A DNA stretch of 64,000 bases. Origin: Camelus dromedarius (Eukaryota). The notes beneath the pieces are model-generated. The model was not told the DNA's origin. It worked only from the letters and a program-made list of their open reading frames with translations, and did no database searches. The position numbers were made by a program, and so were the translations under genes. The stretch covers positions 39,620,001 through 39,684,000 of the forward strand of contig NC_087437.1 of assembly GCF_036321535.1 (NCBI RefSeq), written 5' to 3'. The stretch's first letter is position 1. Each line of letters starts with the position of its first letter. Of the stretch, positions 1 to 12,666 are shown piece by piece.

Positions 1-486
1 CTGTGAAATGTCTTCATCTGTACTAGACTCCCAATTCTCATCCCCCAAATTCCCTTCCATATGGTCACACTGGCGAGGATTTTACTCAGGTAGAAATACT
101 TTTCTCAGCAACAGAACATTAGATGGGAGGAACAGCTGTTAGATTTATAAAAGCCCCAAACCAAGCTCCCTGAAATGACTTTTGCACAGTGAAAGGATTC
201 TCACCACAGCCTAAGGCATTGACAAAAAGTGTAACTAGGTGATGTCTCAGTCTAAATATTCAAAATTCCTTTGACCTCCATTTCAGAGAAGACCTCTGCT
301 TACTTTACCTTCACTGTAGTATCAGCCAGATGGCAAACCAAGAACAGAGCCCCTCTATGAGAAGGGATTTGTTAGAACTGACACTGAGTAGCCGGGGAAA
401 CTAACAAACACCAAGTGTGATGGGCCCTTCTACAGGCGCCATCACCGCCTCCAAGTGAGGCTGACGGTGGCATGGGCGGTACTGAC

Positions 487-589
487 CGTGGATATCTGGC
501 GCCATAGTTTCATGGGGATAGTCTTCACTCTTCATGAACAGCAGGAGCTCCTCTCCCGGGGCGATGTCTGCCACTACTCTATAAAATAT
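487..589 (-). CDS. MECOM: MECOM coding exon (EVI1 exon 3): IFYRVVADIAPGEELLLFMKSEDYPHETMAPDIH, with the EVI1 start ATG at 535-533
   Basis: 103-nt exon. Acceptor is a polypyrimidine tract followed by TTTTGAAG|ATA; donor is CACG|GTCAGT. It contains the SET/PR motif YRVVADIAPGEELL and the EVI1 N-terminus MKSEDYPHETMAPDIH. Confidence 0.97.
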
Positions 590-670
590 CTTCAAAAGAC
601 AGGTGGGGTGGGAAAGAGAGAAAGAGAAGTGAGTATTTAAAAGGGCAACATATACACTAAGATAACTCTA
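590..670 (-). other. MECOM: Intron end upstream of exon 3 (branch point and polypyrimidine tract); probably the region included in the EVI1 '3L' 5'-extended exon 3 variant
   Basis: Minus strand reads GTTATCTTAGTGTATATGTTGCCCTTT...TACTCAC(branch point)TTCTCTTTCTCTCTTTCCC. Similarity to the human 3L region is recalled, not verified. The upper boundary is arbitrary. Confidence 0.45.
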
Positions 671-1394
671 CATTTTCCCACACCTTAACAAAAATACTCC
701 TTTTTCTTTTCATCAAAAGAACTATGACTTCCTGTTTTATACATTGAAAATGAGCCCTCTGATGGCACATGGAAAGCTGTGACTCTCATACCAATTCACA
801 AATCTTTTTTTCCAACTCCCACTTCACAAATCAAATTTTCTTAATGCAAGACTTGCTGTGTCACACCCACCCTGTGTAATGTTTAACAAAGCACTATCCC
901 TGCTCTGAATTCCTGACTCTGCCGAACCACACACATACTCATAGAGTTGAACGTGTCCTCTGTTTTCCAGCAGTGGCCCAGCTAAGGGGCACCATCACCC
1001 CCTGCAACATGTCCTTAAAAGGAGCACCTTCTCAGCAAGGTGCTTCTAAGGTCATAGGTTGGAGAGACACAACATAAAGGATCATGACAGCAAGAGCTGT
1101 AGAGAACCTAGTCAAAAAAGAACATTTGTTTCTTAAAAACTCAATCCCTCTCTTACCAATCAGAAGTGGTACTCACAGATCCAGGACCTGCCTTCATCAC
1201 CCAGCTCCTGATCCCACTCTTCGAAAGCAGGCATTACGCCTTCAATTGACTCATTTACCAAGGTTTGGGGGTGGTGCTTATTCCTCTTACTTTCCAGCAA
1301 AATGCTGATGAGAGGAAGGATTTAATAAATCCATTAATGACTGACTAAAAAGCAGTGGGGTAAATGTGGAAAAAACCCTGACCTATAATTTCCA

Positions 1395-1650
1395 AGATCT
1401 GCCTACCTCTTCCCTGACCAGCTCTGTGACCTTAAGTAAGTCATTGCCCAATTTACTTGTCCAGGCTTCAGGGTTTCTTCATTCATAAAATCATTTAATT
1501 CTAGTTTGCAACATATACAAACACTGAGTCATTATGTTGTGCACCTGAAACTAATATAATGTTATATGTCAATTATATCTCAATAAAAATAGGAATTTAA
1601 CCATGAAACCATTTAAGGTGCTTATTCATTTTACCATAAAGTATTCTTGG
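1395..1650 (+). mobile_element. MIR-family SINE fragment, apparently interrupted by an L1 3' end
   Basis: MIR core-like sequence agctctgtgaccttaagtaagtcatt...ggcttcagggtttcttcattcataaaat. A MIR3-like tail resumes after about 1590. Confidence 0.55.
1506..1590 (+). mobile_element. Truncated LINE-1 3' end (L1MA-type)
   Basis: tcattatgttgtgcacctgaaactaatataatgttatatgtcaattatatctcaataaaaa is the typical L1MA 3' terminus with its polyA signal. Confidence 0.85.
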
Positions 1651-1751
1651 TTTTAAATTTTATCCTAAGACTATTAAAAAAAAACAATTCTGTAACCAGA
1701 TAGAGATTATGGAAGAAAAAAATAAAGTTAGTTAACTGGGGAAAATGAGAT

Positions 1752-1815
1752 CAGTTACATTCTCACACACACACACACACAAGCAGTTACATTCTCACAC
1801 ACACACACACACAAG
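1752..1815. repeat. Perfect 32-bp tandem duplication containing a (CA)8 microsatellite
   Basis: cagttacattctcacacacacacacacacaag occurs at 1752-1783 and again at 1784-1815. Confidence 0.95.
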
Positions 1816-4800
1816 CACAAATACCACCAAAAGCAACAACGACGACAACAACAAAACTAGGGATTTAATTCTGCTCAGTCTTGATCCAACGGGAAGAAAA
1901 ATCACATAACACAAACTGGTACACCCTAGTAGGTGGGAAGGATTTATTTTGAGAAGACATTCCTCTAACTGTAGCTTTTTTTCAGAACCACTTGATTTTA
2001 GAAATTGAGAAAAGCTGAATAATTTAATGTCTTTTAAGCTCAACAGAAACATGCATAACTTTAATTATATTTATCTGTTTGTTTATCTTTCGAAAAACAG
2101 AGGACATTAAACATAAGTACGTGCCTCTTCATTCCAGTAGGTGGCTCTGAAGTCCAATTGTTTATTTTTCTTTAAAAAGCCCAGAGCATAAAATTGTGCT
2201 AAATTCAAAAAATAACTCAAGGAGAATTTTCTGATTAGTTTCTTCCCTGTCAAAATAAAATCTTTTTTTTTCAGGCAACAGTAATTTAATGACATCAAGT
2301 TGGTTTATAGAAAATAATGCCAAACATAAAATGTTACTCTGATACGTTATAATTTAATCTAAGATTCTTTATCTCTATCTATATGTAGAATCCAGACCGT
2401 CTCAGGAAAATTACACCTTGTAATGTGCTGTTTCTATGAAAACCAGCAAGTTTACAGCTTGTATCTTATTAACCCTAATCTTCACATTTTCCTTTCTTTG
2501 GAAGTATGCTGAGAGGCATAGTTCTACTCAAAAAGTTACCAGATTAAAAAAAAAAAAATGAGCGTCCGTTTGCTTTTTTCTCCTAACCCTTCCAGTTAAA
2601 CGCTTATAAGTACCCCGTTTCATTCTAGAGTTCCATTTCCCCTTAGAAAACAATGGACTTCTCTCAACAGTTTGAATCACCTCTTCTCTTGGCATCTCTC
2701 AAAGGTTTAACTTATTAGCTTCCTTTCCAACAACATGTTGACATTTGAATTGTGACATATTAGAACTTTTCGGTGGCTTCTCGGAAATAGTGAGGTTAAA
2801 GAGACAACATCCCGCAAGACTGTCAAACAGTACGGTTGTCTCTGTTGGGGAATGCTGCTTAGATACACAAGCGAGATCACTGGAAGAGAGGATTATGATA
2901 TCACTGTTTCTTTGGAGTTCATTATTAATCATGTCTCTTTTAATTCCATTTTAGATTTACTCAATCCAATGTGAACGGTCCAAGCAACAAAAGAAAATGA
3001 TGGATATGTTGTAACTGTGTATTAGAAAGACAGTTCTCTTCGCCGGGACATAGATCACTACTGTAATTTCCCTTTAAGTGTCCAGATTGTCATGTGAAGA
3101 ATATTGAGTGCATAAAAAATAAAAGACACGGAAGAGTGTTGATGTTGGCTTTATCTACTGGAGGTAAAAGGTGACATTCCAGGCCACGGAAGGCAAGGCA
3201 AAGCAGAGTGGGTTTTAACTTCAGGGTGTTCTTTTCGATTTTAAGTGAATTTTTATGGTGCTCATGAAACTGAGGTTTGAAAAGAACTGGCAAGAGCCCG
3301 ACGTAATGAGGGCAGATTCTGGGCAAGGTTCCTCCTATCGGAGTAAGAATGTGCCTCGAAGTCCCATCTACCACCCTTACAAATCCAGTGGTTTTTTTCC
3401 AAGGTGTTGCTACCACTCGCCATCTTCACTATATCTCATCTCTTCGGATCTTAGAGAGACTTAAGTAAAATTATGTTTTTTCCTCCTGTAATTATGATGG
3501 CCCCAAAGTATGATCTGAAAACTTGAATTCAGCAATGTCTACATACAAAGCTGGTTTACATTCTAGCAATAAATACACCAGCAGGCGTTCGAGAAGTGAG
3601 AGGAGTAGTTTTAATGAAAACATGACAGTCTGTTGCCTCAAAGCAATTATGTGGGGGGGATGATGGAACGTAATCTTGGAGGAATCAAGCCTTTCAGAAA
3701 ATAAGAGGTCACATCTATGCTTTTACGTGATAAAATAGGTCTTTTGGCAAATGAAAATATAACAGAGGAGAGAAGTAATTTATGCAGCTTCTGCAGGGTT
3801 GTCTATTAAGTATGACTGGCCACTCTTAGACAAATACAATCACAATGTCTTTAAAATCAGTGTATTCTCCAAATTTTGGCAACATTGCAGTCCTGTGAAT
3901 TAATGGCATCTGAGTTATGTGCCAGAAGCAGAGACGCTACTAATATAACCTCTCTGGTTTTGTGCTGGAGAGAAATGGAAGGGAATCAGTTACTCTGTTA
4001 AATTCCATAAAAGAGTTAACAGGTCTCTTCCATCAGGGGGTTTTATGGAAAAAGTTATCTGGAACCAAAATAAAAATGTGTTGGATCTGGGATCTTGTGA
4101 TGAATTCAACTCAAGTATATAAAGAGGGGATCAAAAGTCTCAAACACTTAGAGAAAGTTGGAATTAATACAAAAGGGTTGTTGATTTATTATTTTTATCT
4201 GTCTCTCTCAGATCACTCTATTAGAAGGGAAAAACTCAATCCCTCCCAATATAAGGTGAAAAATTAGAGGAATGGGGCCTTGTAATAAAGAAAATAGGAT
4301 TATATGGGAATTCCATTTTTTAAAAAGTCAATAAATATTTTAAAACTGTGTTAACTCTGTTAGAGTTTTCTATTTGGTAACTAATACACCAAATTCCAGA
4401 AACACAACATCTTATGAACATGACCTAACTCTCCATACATTTGAAACTTTCAGAAGTTGAGGTGGTCTTTTTATTTTATCATGTAAAAAAATTATTTTTC
4501 CCAATGTCTTGCTGGACTCTTTTTAATTTTTCCAGAAAGCTGTATTTCTATCCATTTAATATGGATATTATATCTGGATCTCTGAATACTTCATTTATAA
4601 GAATAAATGTTTATAGTAAGTGTTTTAATAGATCTTTTGTATTCTTTTATCTTTAAATTTTGCTAAAATATAGCACACTAGTGAAATTTCTTAATTTTTT
4701 TTTTTAATTCTAAGTCATTCAGATCTTTGAAAATAAAACTAGAAATCCTCCGAACTGTTCACTTCTACTATTGGTGAAATTCACAATTTAAGGCGTAAAT

Positions 4801-4979
4801 ATAAAATTATACATGTATATAAGAATTGCTCTAAAGATAATTATTATATCTGATTTATTTTAATCAAACCTTGACATCAGTTCCAAATGCCAAAAGAATA
4901 TCCATTCAATTAGTATTTGCAAAGCTATGCTAGGGCTAAAAGGCAGTGGTGATGTAGATTTGCTTTAGCAAATTTTTGA

Positions 4980-5260
4980 GTTATATTTTCATACAATGCT
5001 ATATATAACTATATGTGTGCTTGGATATGTTATATATTTTATATGTGATGTATAAATGTGGCAAAGTGTATGTTTTAGGGAAATTTTAAAATCTGCATAA
5101 GATATTAGCAATCTCACATTTTATATATTAACATAAATTAATATTTAATGACATATGATTAATTCTAATTTATATCATATAAGTTATATGTATTTACAAT
5201 TTTTATAAATTACATATTACAGGTAACATATGTTATATATAATTATACATTATATATAGT
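4980..5260. repeat. AT/TA-rich low-complexity region
   Basis: Degenerate TATA/ATATG repeats with very low GC content. Confidence 0.6.
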
Positions 5261-8200
5261 CAGCGCTGGAATGTATCCCATGTTATTAAATATTAATTTT
5301 CTTTTGTTATTTAAGTCCGAGAAGACAGCCACTAAAGAGAGTATGGACACATAAGCATTCTGATAGGAAAGTTAACAGGCTATAAAAGATTTTCAGATTA
5401 ATTCTGTCTTATACTGTCAGAGCCTGTGTTCAACCTATTCCTCCATCAAATTGATGATGCTACCATTTGTATTTATAGATGGTAATAATGTGGGTTCTTG
5501 TTTATTATCCTATAAAATAGAAAAATCTAAAATCTGTCAGACCAAACCTGCTGTCTAGTTTGCTATGCTTGGATCGATTTAAAGTGTTAGGCTTGTACTA
5601 TTGAGACAGCAGAAAAATTCAGTGCACAAGAGGGAAAACAAGAAAGAAAACAGATCATTTACTTTTAAAAAGATGAACAAGGCCTCATTGTTACGAATCC
5701 CCGTTTATTTTTCCTGGTCAAGCACTGGAAGTTTTATTTATGCTTAATAGACTGCATTTGGCATGTCTAAAAATGGCAGAAGTGTGAATTATGAGTGACC
5801 TTCACCCTCTTCAGGAAGTTGTAATAATTGAAATAATAGAGAAATGTACTCCCTACAAAATCTGCACTGCGAGACAACTTTTTCAGACTATTGCTGTCTT
5901 TTCACTCTGAGGCTGACAGTTGATTTCTTCCCCTTCCAGCTCCTAACATTCAGCCCGAATGTTTTATTTTCTATAGCTTTATTCGGTTTGCCAGTCTCAA
6001 GACTAGAAAAAGCTGAATGGAACTTTAACGTTTGGAGGGTGGGTGGGAGCAGAGGTAGGTAACAGTTTGCGTATCTGAACAAAGTCAACGTTTGATATTA
6101 ACACATCGGTCAGTCTTGGTGCTGCAGCGGTAACATCAAGTCCACAGAGACAATGTGGGCACACGTGTTGGCTTTAGGAAACACCGTCTGGACCCTTGAT
6201 CTATCCGTAGCAACGGGGGAAACCCCAATTCAGGAGGGCAAGAGTGATGTCAAGTTTTGGCCTCTGGAAGAAGGACCCTATTACACATTCTGATCCTGAT
6301 GAGTAAGAGATGAGGAAAAGTGTCTCCAGCAGACAGAGAGACTGATGACAGAATGTAAAGGTACGTGTCCAGCAGAATGCAAGCACTATCATGGCTGAGC
6401 TTTGCCAAAGCAAACCATCCTTAGCTTCTCCAAAGACATAGTAACCCCTATTTGTCTTTAGGGTAACATCTAAAGACTAGAAAATATTAACTGTGAAATA
6501 TCAAATACTGTCTTTTTATATTCGCTTCCAAAGTGAAAACTATGTATCCACTGCCTATTTTTGGAACAAAAATATTAATGGAGGAGTTTTCTCCCACCCC
6601 ACATTTTTAATCTCTTTGTTAATAACACAAAGAGAAAGCCAAGTATAATTTACTGGATGAAACAGAGAGAATTGACTGTTGGCTCCGATTTGCAAAAAAT
6701 AGGGCAAGTGATAAATAAAGGTCCACTTACTATGGTACCTGGAGCCTACAGTGTAACCAGCCTAGAAACCTTGCAAGCCGCCCTGTGCAATAACCTCCAA
6801 GGAGCTCTCTACAGACCCTACAAGAAATATGCATTAGCCACCTGTCCTCAAAGTGGCTGAAAATGGATCATTCTGAACAATTTCCGAATGCTTGGGAAGA
6901 GCCCCATCATTATATGATGAGAAAGCTAAAGATCATCCTTGGGGTTTTTTTAACTAGGCTAGAGGATTTTCTTGTGTTCCTGACCAACACATCTTCCTCC
7001 TTGATGGCTTGTCATGCATTCTGATGACTATTTTTTATCTTCCAGAAATAGCTAGAATCTCGTGTGGGTGTGATGCTTTGAGACCTTCCTGAATGAAAAG
7101 TGTTGCATGCATGCAAACATTAATTGCTTTAAATGTGCACAGAATACTTCAGATCATCCTCTTTTTCCAACTTCTGCGGTCTGTGCATCTTAATAAAAAC
7201 TCCTAGCCTGTGTAGTATTATGGCAGTGTTGTGTTCGGGGCGTTATTATACGAGGGAAACTTTTTTTGAGGGGGATGCTATTTGTTTTATCACATAAATA
7301 TCAAATGGCAAACTATGTCTGAGACAGTTTCTTCTTTGGGTGAAGGAAGTAACTTATCAGCCAGACAACATCCCCCCAAAGTCAGCTTAGGCACTGTTCA
7401 CAAAGCCAGTCTCTGGGTATTGCCAGCTGGCATTCATCTTAAAACAGCAGAACATAACTTTGGTATAAAAGTGGAACTTGACTTAAAAGCAAAGCAAAGA
7501 AAATGGCCAAAGCCAATAATAATTTTAACATCAAAAGAGGTCATAGAAAATGTGGACAGAAATACTTGTAAAGGAAGAGCAAATTAACAAATGACCTGAC
7601 AGTTGACGCAAACATTTTTAAAAAGTAGAAAGAGGCTGAGATCTTACATTTTGCTTTTACATCGCTGATCTTCCCTGCTTTTTTGCACAAATTGCATTAA
7701 TTGAATGATGCAGGAATACAGTTTTTTTTCCCAGTAAAAAGCCAAAGAAAATAACTCGATAATTGAGCCCATAATAAGCCTGCAATAATAATACTGTTCT
7801 AGTGTCATAGCAGCCTGATAGAACCACGGACGTGGAGCTGAGGAGAGGGACGCGGGTGTGCCAATTCAGCCATGATGGTCCTGGAAGCAGTTAAAAGTTT
7901 ATAAGGTAAAGCACAAACGAGAACAATGCCTGTTCCAACTGCAAACACTGTAGAATCTTGCTGCTGTTCCTCAACCACAAGAGAGCTGGCAGAAGCCCTG
8001 AAGTCAATTCTGGCCTTGTATTCTCTGAGGGGCACTCGCTCTTCTATATTCCTATTTCTTCAAAATATACATCAGGAATTAGATAATCTCTTATCGACAC
8101 ATTTCTTTCTCTTCAGTGCGAACAGCAGACTTCTCTTATTCTACTTACTAAATACCAGCTGTCAAGGGCCTGTTTAAAAATGAAAGGACTTATCACCTTG

Positions 8201-11200
8201 TGTAAATGACAAGATTAATAATGTCTTGGGTTTCTGAGAACTTTATTCCACTTGTAGACCATGTTAGGGCAGGCCAGCAGTTGGAATGAAAAGGTGTTCC
8301 TTCCTACGATGCAGAACACACACATATACCTATAAAATGTTACCCCAGAGTACACGCCCAGGTCATTCTAATTCTCAGGAGTGGAAGGACAGGTCCTGGT
8401 AGGTCTAAGTAGTCCCCTTACACGAATTGGGCCTTACTGGCCTGTCCGATGACAGCCAACATGGTTTCACCATGAAGAAGTATTAGAGGAAGACTTGTGT
8501 CCAGAGAGCTATTTTGTACACACACAACTTGTGAACATATCATAGATAAAAACTGGCCCGATTTGAGGTACCTAGGGGGTCTGTGGGTCCTCCTGCCTTT
8601 GACCTAGATGGAGTGTACAGCAATGTGACAGTATGAGGAAACTTATCAAAGGATGGAGGGAACGGTAGGAGCAGGGTGAGACCAAACCTAAAGCAACTGC
8701 TCCATCCATTCACTCATTGAAATGGTTTGTAAAAGTAAGATATCTACAAGACGTCAAAGGAAAGGACATCAAAATATCCAAATTAAAAAAAAAAAAAAAA
8801 CAAGTCAGTAAATCATCTAGATGTTTGGCCTCCTTGACATTAAACACATGGGTGCTTCCAGAGGTAACTGCAACCTCTGAAGAGTTAATAAACCGTTTTC
8901 ACGCTTCCTCTGCATATCTGGTCCTCTTGAGGACCTATTCTGGAAAGAAGTTTCATCATCCAACTCTCTGCTTTTGCTCCTGCCCTGATCTACCTCTCAG
9001 CACCAGTTCTTGATCCTCAAGTGGGACAACTTTAGGCTGTTAAAATGTACAAATACTGAAGCATTGTCTGTCTCCATAAAAATTTCCAGCTAAAAACTGT
9101 GTCATGTAACACTGTACAGAAAGTTCAAGGAGGAAGGGGAAAAAATAATTAGGACGTCAAGGGTAAAGAGCCTTGGGTGTTTTTAATGGATCCACTATTT
9201 TAGGACTTGAGTGTGACTGTGGTCTTAATTTACTAGTGTCTTTGGTGCGGCCTTCTTTTACAAAGATAAATTACTATGGTTAATACAATACTTTCAGGAG
9301 GGAACAAGGATATCAGTCAGAAGCTGCAGCTACTTAGAAATTATGGTTTAGCAGGGATGCCAGTCTTTTAAGTATTTCTATCTCCAGAAAAATCACTGTA
9401 ATAATTTTGAAAACATGAAATGGAAAAGACATCTAAAAACAATAAACCCGAGTCTTCCAGGCAATATTGTCAAGAAAGAAAGCTGCCACAAAGCTCACTC
9501 TGGCCAGGAAAAAAAAAAAAAATCTGCAATAAAATAGCTCAGAGAAATCTACTGGAAGATTTAAGCTCAGGAAAATCCCCTCAAATAAAATGCTTATAGA
9601 GAGGCATTAGGAAAATGTTAATTGATTAGCCTTTGTTTTTATGATACAAAATAGATTACATCCTTTATCCACTTTAACTGAAAATCAAAACCCTTGCTGT
9701 TTCTAAGTAGTTATTCACCTCCCAACAAATCAGATGAGTTTTATCCTGTATACGTGTTTTGACTGTCTCACTGTTACCAAACTGTATTATCATCTTTAGC
9801 AGACACATTTATTCTCTTTTATAGAACTCCTTCACATCATTAGAATACTGATCCAAATTGACTAAACTTGATCTTTAATATTTGAATTTTGAAAAATATG
9901 TATCTTTGCAAAACTAAAACTATAATTTAGACCCTCTTTTTTGTTTTTGGTCATCTTTTTCCTTCTTTGTGAGATGTCCTAATTATTATAACGACTAGTT
10001 TGCAATTGAAAGATTCCTCTAAAATTCTTCCCTTTCATAGTCCAGGACTGATTTAGAATTCATTTTATAAACTTGAGCTCTATCTAAGAATCAGAGCAAA
10101 AAGAAACACTTTTTACAGTTCCTTGTAAAGTGCTTCGTTTGCTTTTGTGTTGTGCAGGTGAGTGGACGCTGTTAATGTTTAAGAATTACTCCTGATCCAG
10201 GGTCTCTCCTTGTATCTGGATATTAAATAATATCTCACACAGTGGGAGCCTTCATCAGGTGATGAGCTGTGCTCATTCACCATTTGGCAACTCCTATTCC
10301 TCATGGAAAAGAGGGTGGAAAAATAGACCTAGAGAAGCTCTTTAGTCAGCTCTTTTATCACTGTACCTAGTCCAACATTCACCTTTCAAAGCTGCCTGGA
10401 ATTGCTAGTCTTAACTGGTTTTTAGAAATGTACAAACCTGCTTATAGATGAATATGTTTATAATATATGCATACACCGTTTGGGTGTCTGTTCTCTTTTG
10501 TCATGTCAGCTGGGTTAAGTGTGACTGTATGCATACATGCCTATCACACAAATCTGACTTTTGCCTCTGACTTTCCTCTCTCGTTGTTTATGCGTGAACT
10601 TACTTAACCATGTAATGTCAATTTCACAATTACGTTATTTGATATGAACTCTGTTACAATTTTAGATTTCTGCCAACATAATGCATAAATTTAAAGTGAG
10701 AAGTTACAGAAATAATAGTTTATGTCTAATATTGGCCTTTTATGTTTTTCTTGATTAACTATTTTCCCTCATTCTTCAGTTGACATAGGTAAACATGCTA
10801 TTCATTGAGATGTGAGGCTAGCATTCTTTCAAAAGCAACGCTTTTCACAACGTGTGCCTCAAAAATAACTATGTGAAAATTATAGATGCCTACTGTAATA
10901 AGCAATTGATTCATACTTAGAAGCAGCAAAATAGTTTCCCTTTTTAATGCAATCATGATTCCCAAGGACAAAAGTATATTTATTATAAAGTATCAGATGC
11001 ATAAATATTAAATGAAAAAAGGATTGGCCACAAGTCCTATTCTTAAACCATCTTTTCACTGATCCTACAACAGTTTTATCTGTCTGAGGAAACAGCTCCT
11101 ATTGTCAGTAAATATGGATAGCAAATAATTATTATGACATAATTACATTATTTCATCTTACGGCTGCCTTTTGAAGTCCACCAGTTCCTTTTTTAGGAAA

Positions 11201-12531
11201 CATCACACATACAATTCACTCATTTACAACACCTACGTATTTCCCACATCTACAAATAGTCAGTGCTCAAAAAATGTGCATTGTTGATGGTGACAGAAAC
11301 TCATATGACAGACCTGGGATATTTTCTGCACACAATCAATAGCTAATTTAATAATGTTTTCCTTTGTCAATAACGCCTCTTGTTTTCTTCCAGCAAAGAG
11401 AAAAAACAATTGATTGGTTTATTATTTTTGATATATGTTGAAGATTTTTAAATGATTCTCATTTAAACCTAATTGTATAATGTACTACCTCATACAGTTT
11501 AGTCAGTAAAAATTGTCTGGTAGCTGGTAAAATGCCAAAGAATAATCTCATAGCAACGACTGAAATAGTCTTGGACCATATGACGCTAGTACTACTTACT
11601 AGCTTTCAATTGGAAACATCTTAATTTAAACTTTTCTTTTTCTTGGTGGTGATTTTCCTAGTAGATTTGCCAAGCCACCATTTTAATACAGTCTTTGAAA
11701 CGTATTTGATTTAGGTCACCATTGGGTTAAAAGAAATAAATTATGATAACATAATTAAATTCTAATCCAGTGATGTTTATAAAACAAAAATTAACAGGTT
11801 GACCTTCTCTTCATTTTAGGTACTGTCATCCAAAGTTACAAGATTCATAACCTCCCTTTACTGAGTGCAAAATATGTTTCATGATATTTTCATGATCTTG
11901 TTTCATGGTTATTGTTATTAAAGTTAACCTCACTGCATGGGCCTCCATAAGGCAATTTCAAGCAGTGATATTTTTGAACTTTTCACATAAACAACAAAAA
12001 ATGCATTTGATCCAAAAGTGTTTCTCATTATAATTAGGCAAATCAGATGCAAAATCAGATAAGTTCGCACACAGATCCTACATATATATCTACCTACTAT
12101 TTAAAATAAAATCTATATGATCTTCCAAGTGTATCACTTCCCATTTCTGCATAAATTTAAATTCACAAAGTGTTCTTCACTAGCTCAATACTTTCTATGA
12201 ATATCTTTCTATTATGATGGCAAAGAAAAAAGGCAAAAACCAGCTAACAATAAGTAGTATTCAGCTTTTAACTAATTCAATCACACTCAGAAAACTAAAG
12301 CATTTATGAAGTCTACTAGCACAAACTGAATAAACTCCCCAAAATAGAAGTACTGAAAGAAAGTAGTACTGAAAATGACTTTATTCTGCATCTTATATTT
12401 GGGCATTACCTTTTCCCATATCAACAAACAGGCCACAAGGGTCTATTGCAGCTCACTGTTATTTTTATTCTTCAGGCTTCACTGATACTTTAGTGCTCTC
12501 AAAGAAAGACAAGAAAATCTTTACAACATAC

Positions 12532-12666
12532 CTGATCATTTATCTGGCATGCAACGAGGTTGTGCTGATCATAACAGCCAGCGAACCTGATGTACTTGAG
12601 CCAGCTTCCTACATCTGGTTGACTAGCATCTATGCAGAACTTCACATTGCAAAACTCATCTAAGAT
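12532..12666 (-). CDS. MECOM: MECOM exon (EVI1 exon 2): ILDEFCNVKFCIDASQPDVGSWLKYIRFAGCYDQHNLVACQINDQ; PR-domain coding in MDS1-EVI1 and 5'UTR in EVI1
   Basis: 135-nt phase-0 exon. Acceptor CTTCTTCCTTCTAG|ATC; donor CAG|GTATGT. The open frame contains PR-domain motifs (IDAS, SWLKYIR, QHNL) and joins in frame to 487-589. It is too short for the ORF track. Confidence 0.97.

Noticed and set aside
401..595. 64-aa ORF as a standalone gene
   Set aside because: Only 487-589 is exon. The TTG start lies in the acceptor and the tail after GTCAGT is intron read-through.
1752..1815. CRISPR-like 32-bp direct repeat
   Set aside because: Two abutting copies with no spacer, in mammalian DNA without cas genes.
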